DNA of 64,000 nucleotides from an uncultured Acetatifactor sp. (GTDB lineage Bacteria; Bacillota; Clostridia; Lachnospirales; Lachnospiraceae): NCBI GenBank assembly GCA_904501885.1, contig CAJGCP010000003.1, positions 5,182 to 69,181 of the forward strand, read 5' to 3'. Shown piece by piece: positions 17,547 to 25,400 of this stretch (position 1 is its first letter; each line of letters starts with the position of its first letter). The notes under the pieces were generated by a model. It saw only the letters and a program-made list of their open reading frames with translations, ran no database searches and was not told where the DNA came from. The position numbers and the translations under genes were made by a program.

Positions 17547-20500
17547 ATGAGATTTATAAAATGTTTACTGTTTACAATAGCAATAATGCTGTTACCTATC
17601 TGTGATGTGGAGGCAGCCACATGGGGAGATTTTGAATACGAAGTTACGGGAGATTGTACAGCAGAAATCACAAATTATACCGGCTCAGGAGGTAGGGTAG
17701 TTATACCCAATTATATACAGGGATGCTCTGTGACCAGCATAGGGTATCAAGCATTTATGTATAGATACGGCATAACCAGTATAGTAATCCCGGACAGTGT
17801 GACCAGCATAGGGGATTATGCATTTTATGGATGTAACGGGTTAACCAGTATAGACATGAATGATGTGACCAGTATAGGGGAATGGGCATTCTATAAATGC
17901 AGCAACTTAACCAGAATAGTAATCCCGAATAGTGTGACCAGCATAGGAAAAAATGCATTTTATGAGTGTAACAAGTTAACCAGTATAGTAATCCCGAATA
18001 GTGTGACCAGTATAGGGGAAAAGGCATTCTATAAATGCAGCAACTTAACCAGAATAGTAATCTCGAACAAATTGACCAGCATAGGGAATTATGTATTTTC
18101 TGATTGTTACAGCTTAACCAGTATAGCAATCCCGAACAGTGTGAAAAGCATAGGGAATTATGCATTTTCTAGTTGTTCCCGCTTAGCCAATATAGTAATC
18201 CCGAACAGTGTGAATAGCATAGGGAATTATGCATTTTCTAAATGTTACAACTTAACCAGTATAGAAATCCCGGCTAGTGTGACCAGAATAGGAAACTATA
18301 CATTTTTTAGTAGCGACTTAACCAGAATAGTAATCCCGAATAGTGTGACCAGCATAGGGATTGGTGCATTTAAGTACTGCACAGAACTTACTATATGGGG
18401 AGAAACGGGTAGTTATGCAGAGAGATACGCAAACACAAATGAGATTCCTTTTGGTGTTCTTTCTCACGAGGATTCGACACCATCCCCCACGGCGCCTCCG
18501 ACGGCAACCCCAGCGAAGCCCACAGCAATGCCGAAAGTGGTTTATAGCGCTGTTTTGGATTACCCTACGCTTGAGACGACCGATAAAAGTCAGACAATCG
18601 TTATGACAGTGAAGGCGAGTGAACCTATAACCATAGATGGCATCAGTTTTACAACTATTTGGGATAAGAGGCTTGTACTCACAAAAATTGAAGGTAGTCC
18701 TAGAATTGGAGCATATCATAATGTAGCAACCGACTTGAATACGGGTCTTGCAGGATGGACGTCGGACGACGCAGAGAATGTGGAGAACGTAACTGATTTT
18801 GCAGTAATTACTTTTACAGTCCCGGCTAACATGGCACCAGGGACGTACACCCTTGGCGTTGAGGATCTGGAGTTTACCAAGGATTATGGCGCGGTGTGGG
18901 AGCAAGGAGCCTCTGCGTATACCACACTGACTATTGTTGAAAAAACAAGTGCAACGCCTAAGCCAACAGCGACACCGGCACCCACAGCGAAGCCCACGGC
19001 AACGCCTAAGCCTACAGCGACACCGAGTCCTACAACGAAGCCCACGGCAACGCCTAAGCCAACAGCAACACCGGCACCCACACCAATGCCTACAACGAGA
19101 CCTGTGGGAACGCCGATGCCATCTATTGTACCGGTGGCACCTTCTCAAACCACGACAATTGATGGTAAGGTATATTATGAGATTTCTTCTGCAGAAGAAC
19201 TTGCGTACTTATCTCAGGCGAGTGGAGATTGGTTAAAGAACAACTATGTGCTGACAGAGGATATTGTGTTAAATGATGTCGACCTGTCGTGTGGCAGAGA
19301 TGGTGTATTACCCTTTGATACATCGGTGCTTTGGAAATGGACACCAATTGATGGACTGACGGGCACTTTTGATGGAGGCGGACACACAATATCAGGATTA
19401 TATGTTGATACTACATCAAGTGCGGGTCTATTCAGTAAGGCCACTAGGGTAAATAATCTAAACGTAAACAATGCTTATGTTAAAGGCGCCTGGTCTGTGG
19501 GAGGCATCTGTGTAGATGTATTCTACATGAATAACTGCACGTTTGATGGTTATGTGTATGGGGGAAGTGAAGTTGGTGGAATTGCTGGTTCCTGCGACTA
19601 TATATATAACTGTACGAACCGAGGTACTGTAATTGCTGAACCAGATGAAGCAACCTATGTTGGTGGTATTGCTGGTTACGGGGGTGAAACAGTGAAGGAC
19701 TGTGTCAATTTTGGTTATGTATGTGGTGATCATTACAGAGGCGGAATTTGTGGTGATGGTTCAATTGGAGAAATTATAAATTGTTATAATCTTGCGAATG
19801 TGGATGCTGATCCCATCTTATTTAAGTTGGCCGATTCAGACGTCGAAAGTTGCTATTATCTAAAAACACCTGAAATCAATAGCGGTGCCACTCAGTATGA
19901 CCATGGAACAGCAAAAGATCTCTCATTCTTCTGCTTGATTGGGGAAGAAACATTGAATATCGCCGGTCATAGTTACGCTAATACATATGACTTGAAATGT
20001 GAAATGTGCAACGCGGATAGAGTACTAAAAGAGATTTCAATCAATACGTTGCCCACAAAGAGGACCTACAAGCAGTATTCGGATGAACTGAGTGTTCAGG
20101 GCGGAAGATTGAGTATTGTATTCGATGATGATACGACTAAGACAATCGACATGACTGTTGATATGATTTCAGGTTTTGATAACACAAAGACCGGTACACA
20201 GACATTGACGGTTACATGTGGTTGGAACACAGTGGAATACGATGTGACCGTGCAGGCATCGGCAACGCCTGCGCCTACTGCGGAGCCTACGGCAACACCG
20301 TTGCCCACAGCGACTCCCTGGCCTACAGCAGAGCCCACAGCAACACCGGAACCAACCGCAACCCCCATCCCTGACATCAGTTCCGAACTGGAAATCAGTA
20401 ACAATACTGGTTCAGAATCTGCCCATGCAACTATTACAGCACCGGCAGGAGGCTGGGTAGAAGGTGACAACACCTTCACGGTAGAATGTGAGAAACCTTG

Positions 20501-20822
20501 CTTTGTAGTGGTAAGTTATGATGGCGGTCAGACCTATACGCGTCTAAAAGCGACATCTGCTTCAGAGGGCTATCGTTTCACAGCCGAAGACATGACGGCA
20601 GATACAATCCTAGCGGTTGGGTATGTGGGTGATGTCAATGGCGATGGAGCTGTTACTAACTCCGATGCCACCAGACTGGCAGCGATTTTCTCGAAAAAGG
20701 CATCTGCCTCCAACGCGTTGATGGCATTAACATGCGATGTAAATAATGATACAGAACTTACAAACTCTGATATTACGATTCTGCGTGCCGCATATGCCGG
20801 CAAGAGACAATTGAATTGGTAA
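17547..20822 (+). CDS. secreted multidomain surface protein: BspA-type LRR repeats, cohesin-like module, GLUG-type repeats, Big_3-like Ig domain, C-terminal dockerin
   Basis: Signal peptide. About ten 23-aa units IPNSVTSIGxxAFxxCxxLTSI. Pro/Thr linkers. Repeated VGGIAG..I.NC.N.G units. Dockerin loops DVNGDGAVTNSD and DVNNDTELTNSD. Confidence 0.8.
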   Translation: MRFIKCLLFTIAIMLLPICDVEAATWGDFEYEVTGDCTAEITNYTGSGGRVVIPNYIQGCSVTSIGYQAFMYRYGITSIVIPDSVTSIGDYAFYGCNGLTSIDMNDVTSIGEWAFYKCSNLTRIVIPNSVTSIGKNAFYECNKLTSIVIPNSVTSIGEKAFYKCSNLTRIVISNKLTSIGNYVFSDCYSLTSIAIPNSVKSIGNYAFSSCSRLANIVIPNSVNSIGNYAFSKCYNLTSIEIPASVTRIGNYTFFSSDLTRIVIPNSVTSIGIGAFKYCTELTIWGETGSYAERYANTNEIPFGVLSHEDSTPSPTAPPTATPAKPTAMPKVVYSAVLDYPTLETTDKSQTIVMTVKASEPITIDGISFTTIWDKRLVLTKIEGSPRIGAYHNVATDLNTGLAGWTSDDAENVENVTDFAVITFTVPANMAPGTYTLGVEDLEFTKDYGAVWEQGASAYTTLTIVEKTSATPKPTATPAPTAKPTATPKPTATPSPTTKPTATPKPTATPAPTPMPTTRPVGTPMPSIVPVAPSQTTTIDGKVYYEISSAEELAYLSQASGDWLKNNYVLTEDIVLNDVDLSCGRDGVLPFDTSVLWKWTPIDGLTGTFDGGGHTISGLYVDTTSSAGLFSKATRVNNLNVNNAYVKGAWSVGGICVDVFYMNNCTFDGYVYGGSEVGGIAGSCDYIYNCTNRGTVIAEPDEATYVGGIAGYGGETVKDCVNFGYVCGDHYRGGICGDGSIGEIINCYNLANVDADPILFKLADSDVESCYYLKTPEINSGATQYDHGTAKDLSFFCLIGEETLNIAGHSYANTYDLKCEMCNADRVLKEISINTLPTKRTYKQYSDELSVQGGRLSIVFDDDTTKTIDMTVDMISGFDNTKTGTQTLTVTCGWNTVEYDVTVQASATPAPTAEPTATPLPTATPWPTAEPTATPEPTATPIPDISSELEISNNTGSESAHATITAPAGGWVEGDNTFTVECEKPCFVVVSYDGGQTYTRLKATSASEGYRFTAEDMTADTILAVGYVGDVNGDGAVTNSDATRLAAIFSKKASASNALMALTCDVNNDTELTNSDITILRAAYAGKRQLNW
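17700..18400 (+). repeat. 69-bp (23-codon) LRR coding repeats, several nearly identical at DNA level
   Basis: TTAACCAG(A/T)ATAGTAATCCCGAA(T/C)AGTGTGACCAG(C/T)ATAGG recurs at ~17919, ~17985, ~18048 and ~18320. Confidence 0.8.
20427..20822 (+). repeat. 396-bp C-terminal cassette (pre-dockerin domain + dockerin), copy 1
   Basis: Aligns codon-for-codon with 27261-27656 (offset 6834 bp). The proteins (ITAP.GGWVEGDNTFTV.CEK.CF...SYDGGQTYTRL...) are roughly 85 percent identical by eye. Confidence 0.85.
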
Positions 20823-20835
20823 AGTAAAACTAAAA

Positions 20836-20905
20836 CTGCTCACCTTTGATATTTAACCTGTCTACTTGACAAGGGTCATATCAAAAGGGTGGGCAGTTTT
20901 TTGAT
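20836..20905 (+). terminator. long-stem terminator
   Basis: CTGCTCACCTTTGATAT ... ATATCAAAAGGGTGGGCAG followed by TTTTTT. Confidence 0.6.
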
Positions 20906-20908
20906 TTC

Positions 20909-20954
20909 GCCATTCGTCGGAAAAATTTACCGCCAATCGTCGGAAAAATCATTC
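20909..20954. repeat. two tandem copies of the GCCA(A/T)TCGTCGGAAAAAT motif
   Basis: Copies at 20909 and 20932. The copy at 20932 matches the copy at 15425 at 18 of 18 positions. Confidence 0.8.
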
Positions 20955-21605
20955 TATTTCTTTATCCTCATACTCCATCAAATCTTCCATCCGACACCCT
21001 AAAGCTTTGGACAATGCCAAGAGGGTAGCACCGGCGGCTTTGTTAATGTCCTTGGCGCGGATTTCATATTGCTGGAGGGTGCGCAGGTTGACACCTACCT
21101 TCTCAGCCAGCTCCCGTTGGGAGTATCCGGCGATTTTGCGTTGCGTCTGCAGTCGTGTAGGTGTGGCGTTTCTGCGAATAATCCGGTTCACCACATCTAC
21201 ATATTTATCTTCGGAAGCCTCGTGAAGCGTAGCATATAGTTTCTCGATGTCTTCCATGGAGATGTGCTTTTGAATGTCCTTGAAATTCCTGCCGGTGTAC
21301 CACTGATAATAGGCCAGGATCCATCCGCACCAGTATTCTTTCGAGTAGTCATATTCCACCCGTGGCTTATGCAACTCAATTTGGAGCCCGGAGCCGGTGA
21401 ACACATCCATGGCCAGCTCTGTGCCGGAAGTGCCGGACAGATATTTAGGCACCCCTGCGGCAAATTGCTGTGCATATCCTGTGCTTATGAACAATTTCAG
21501 GAAGTCATCCATATTTATGCCGCAACTGTTGGTGGCATAGTCCATGGCTTCTCCCAAACTTCGCATGGCGTCATCTAAGTATTCGCTATCGTAAGCGTGG
21601 GTCAT
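20949..21605 (-). CDS. two-domain protein: N-terminal domain of unknown function (possibly DUF3791-like) + C-terminal XRE-family HTH
   Basis: HTH is RKIAGYSQRELAEKVGVNLRTLQQYE. Start trimmed to ATG 21605, preceded by GGAGGAGG. It overlaps the upstream gene by 20 nt. Confidence 0.65.
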   Translation of the reverse strand: MTHAYDSEYLDDAMRSLGEAMDYATNSCGINMDDFLKLFISTGYAQQFAAGVPKYLSGTSGTELAMDVFTGSGLQIELHKPRVEYDYSKEYWCGWILAYYQWYTGRNFKDIQKHISMEDIEKLYATLHEASEDKYVDVVNRIIRRNATPTRLQTQRKIAGYSQRELAEKVGVNLRTLQQYEIRAKDINKAAGATLLALSKALGCRMEDLMEYEDKEIE

Positions 21606-22263
21606 TGGGTAACACCTCCTCCTGTAAAATATCGCGGATGAACAATCCCCCGATATCGCCCTTGCCTGCCTCCAGCCGATAGGCAGCACGTGCCTCGTCG
21701 TCCCTGGCTTTTCTTTTTGCATAATATTCCTTGTTGTCTGCAGTTTCATAGGATAGGAAACTGATTCTTTCAAATGCTGTGGGGCTTTTCAATACAAATT
21801 GTTCTCCTAGTTTACCAAGCCGCATGGCGCGGGATAGTTGTGCCAGAGATATCTCATTATTGATAAATGCTCTGGCAAAGGAAAAGTAGGAGTCGTCCGC
21901 CCGATATCCGATGATGGCATCATAGGATGTTAAGTCGGGAAGAAAGTGCGCTCGCAACCACTCGGAACCTTGTTTCATGACGGGCGTGGAGATGCGAAAT
22001 TTACGATATTCCATCAGTAGTGCTAACCAGTGCAGGATTGTATAATCATCGGAAGACAGATTTAATATGGAAAGCCCAGACGTATCTATTTGATATTTGT
22101 TGGCGTAACCATCGACATTCTCAGTACACGCCCATTCTTTCGCCAATTCCAAATGTTCTGTACAGTAGAATCCCTGGCCGTAATCATTATAGGACTTGCC
22201 CTTGCCGAAAGTAGGGCGTTGCACGATTTCGGGAGAACCGTGATATAGGACTAGATTGCTCAT
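21586..22263 (-). CDS. DUF3990-like protein (225 aa)
   Basis: N-terminus MSNLVLYHGSPEIVQRPTFGKGKSYNDYGQGFYCTEHLELAKEWA matches my memory of the DUF3990 pattern LYHGS..(n)..DFG.GFY.T....A..WA. Start ATG 22263 follows GGAGGTG. Confidence 0.6.
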   Translation of the reverse strand: MSNLVLYHGSPEIVQRPTFGKGKSYNDYGQGFYCTEHLELAKEWACTENVDGYANKYQIDTSGLSILNLSSDDYTILHWLALLMEYRKFRISTPVMKQGSEWLRAHFLPDLTSYDAIIGYRADDSYFSFARAFINNEISLAQLSRAMRLGKLGEQFVLKSPTAFERISFLSYETADNKEYYAKRKARDDEARAAYRLEAGKGDIGGLFIRDILQEEVLPNDPRLR

Positions 22264-22298
22264 GTATTCACCTCCTGTTTTTAGAGTTATTACGAAAT

Positions 22299-22327
22299 AA
22301 GTATACTTCTGTAGAAGTACATTGTCA
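22299..22327 (-). promoter_or_regulatory. minus-strand promoter TTGACA-17-TATACT with a palindromic operator in the spacer
   Basis: The reverse complement reads TTGACAatgTACTTCTacAGAAGTATACT. The palindrome TACTTCT-n2-AGAAGTA lies at 22303-22318. Confidence 0.6.
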
Positions 22328-22415
22328 ATTCGATTCAAAAATATTTGTCCTAATACCACGCAAAAATTAAGAAAACGAAAAATGGGAAAATGTTTGTAAT
22401 TTCGAACATTACCTA

Positions 22416-22444
22416 TTGAATAATTGACGGAATTAAGATATAAT
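22416..22444 (+). promoter_or_regulatory. promoter TTGAAT-17-TATAAT for the 1718-aa gene
   Basis: -35 at 22416-22421 and -10 at 22439-22444, about 55 nt upstream of the ATG. Confidence 0.5.
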
Positions 22445-22499
22445 TTTGCCATAGATGTGTAAAAGCATCAATCCTAAAAAATAAAGAGGAGGAAAAACG

Positions 22500-25400
22500 A
22501 TGAGAAAGATCTTTATGCTCTTAATGAGCGTACTGCTTGTGGCTGGTTTGTGTACAGTACCGGCACAAGTGACTGAAGCAAGTGTAATTGATAATTACAT
22601 TGTGGATGAGAACTTTGATGCACGTGAAATTGGCACGAGGTCCCATCAGTTATCCGGTGATTACTGGGTTGGTAAATGGGGCTTGAGCTACAATCACGTT
22701 CAGGGCGTTGTTGCAGAAAAAGTAACCGGTGATAACTGGTTGGAGATTACTCCTTCCGTAACCGGTGCTACATATTATTTTGATGCGCCCTGGAATATTA
22801 ATATTGCTGAAGAGAAGCAATTGGCACTCGGAAGTGCAGTAACAGAGGACAAGTACCTGGTATTTGAGGTTGACTTGAAGATTGCAGGTGATGACGCACT
22901 GCAGGGTGACGTTGCTATCCGTATGGGTGGTGTGAACAACTACGCAATCACCAACTTCAAGTTGGGTAATGGACGTATGGGACGTCATGTTGACTCCAGT
23001 ACTGCTACAGGCTTGAGAGAGGATAATAAGAATGCCTATACCCAGGGTGAAACAGGAAGTTTGAAATGGGTACTTGACAGAGAAACCAAGAAATATACCT
23101 GGTTCTGGAATGGTGAATTGATAGAGCAGAACATTCGTGCTCAGTTCCCGGAAGAAGCACAGACACCTGCGTTGAAATACATTTATATCTCCCTGCCCAA
23201 GCAGACCTTGGCAGAAGGACAGGATAGTGTTGACACCAAGTTGTATATTGATAATGTGAAGTTGTATGCAACCGATGATAATCAGATGCCTACACCTGAA
23301 CCTACACCTGAACCTACACCTGCGCCTACCTATAATCCTATGTCTGCGGACATCACATTTGATAACTTCGAATTGGGTCATGCATACATCAGATCCTTAA
23401 AGGGAGATTATTGGACCGGCGGTTTGGATTGTGGTAACTGGATTGCACACGGTGTGGTTGTATCCAAGAAGGATACCATCGACGCTACCGCGGCAGCAGA
23501 TGACTACTGCTATGAATTTAAGCCCGATCCTGTTCAGACGCTGAACTTTAGATTTACTTTGGATGCATCCAGAGCATACTCTATGGGTGAAGCAGTTGAC
23601 GCAGAAAGATACGTTGTTGCAGAGATGGATGTAGCCATCGGCGGTGAAGCATACAAGACCAATGGTTATGGTATCTTCTTCGGCCCTGGTAGCAACGTTT
23701 CTACCACCCAGTTGAGATTGTTCAATGACAAGTTGGGACGTATCCATACAGGAAGTTCCGGTAAATACAATGAAGTTGCAGAGTACACTGCAGGTGAGTT
23801 CGCTCACTTGACATGGGTACTGGATAGAGAGGCTAAGACCTATTCCTACCTGCTGGATGGTGTGGTAGTAGAAACAGGCATTGCAGATTTGTATAAGTCC
23901 GCAACCCAATTCAGCCAGATACACATCCGTGTATATGCAGATGCAGCAGCGGAAGGTGAGGATTACATTGATTCCAGACTGTACTTAGATAACATTAAGA
24001 TCTACGGTGTGGATGAGAACCCTGTTCCTACTGTTGCACCTACTGCTGAGCCCACTCCTGCACCCACTGCAGAACCTACTCCTGCGCCCACCGAGGCTCC
24101 TGTGTTCGAGGGTACTTACATCAATACAGGATTTGAAGAGTTTGCAACCGGCAATATGCTCCATACATTAGTTGGTGATTATTGGAAAGGTGGCATTGGC
24201 CTGAGCTACTGCCATAGCAATGGTATCGTAGTTTCCAAGCAGGAGGCATTCGATGCAGATGCAGCAGCAAACGATTACTGCCTGCAGTTCACTCCTACCA
24301 CAAACCTGGATGAAAGAAATTATGACGTACCTTTCAACATGAATGTTTCTGATGCTACTCTTATTCCTACTCTTGGAGTAGAGGGAGTGGAAGACAGATA
24401 CGTGATTGTAGAAATGAACGTAGCTGTTAAGGGTGAAGATACCAAGACAAATGGTTATAACATTTGGGTAAATTCACATGACAATATCGGTATCTTGAAA
24501 CTTCGTCTGTACGATGATTCTATCGTAAGACAGCACAATACCAGTGGTGCTGATGCGTTCACCGAGTCAAGCCGTAGAGCAGTGCCTAAGGGCGAAATGC
24601 AGCACATCAAGGTTGTTGTTGATAGAGAGACCAGAGCGGTAACCTATTTCCTGAATGGAGAATTGGTTGAGGAGAATATCAAGGCTCTGTACACTACAAG
24701 TTGTAAGCAGGTATGCGGCGTACGTTTCCAGATTTTCAAGGAGACCATCGAAGAAGGTGATACGCTGGATTCCAAGCTGTATGTAGATGATGTAAAGATG
24801 TATTTGTCTAATGACAATCAGATGCCCACTCCTGCACCTACCTACAATCCTATGACCTTTGATAATTATCAGGCAGGTCAGGAAGTAGCAGGTACCGCAG
24901 GTAACGGTGCACAGTGGACCGCAGCTGCAGCATATGCACCTGCAGGTGTGGTTGTATCCAAGCAGGACGCTGGCTTTAAAGCGGCTGCAGATGACTATTG
25001 TTTGGCAATCAATGCAAAAGATATCGAGTTGAGCAAGGAAGGTCAATATACCTTTATCTTGGATGATACAACTACATATGCTTTTGACAGCACAGCAGAA
25101 GTTGCAACCAAGAATATCGTTGTGGAGATGGATATCGCAATCTCCGGCGATAAGACCAGTGGTTTTGGTATTCAGATTGGTAATACCCAGGGCAACTTTG
25201 CTCGTACTACCGTATTTATGTTGAAGGATGACTTGATTGGTTCTAACTGGTCTAACTCATGGACCAGTGGTATGAGACAGTCAACCACCATAGCAAAAGA
25301 TCAATTCGTACATTTGAAGTATGTTGTGCCTAACAACTTGCTTAACAATAATGCAAGCTGGTATTTGGATGGTGAGTTGGTTACTTCTGTAGCAACCACA

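Noticed and set aside
18318-19148. Long antisense ORFs rich in R/C/G/V opposite the Pro/Thr linkers (also 18884-19081, 20096-20479, 27038-27313, 25281-25733).
   Set aside because: They are low-complexity mirror images of the PT-linker codons inside well-supported plus-strand genes, and they lack RBS.
20949-22452. Longer ORF-track versions of the two minus-strand genes (274 and 288 aa).
   Set aside because: The N-terminal extensions have no RBS, run through the upstream gene or the promoter region, and look non-protein-like. Internal ATGs at 21605 and 22263 have strong GGAGG sites.
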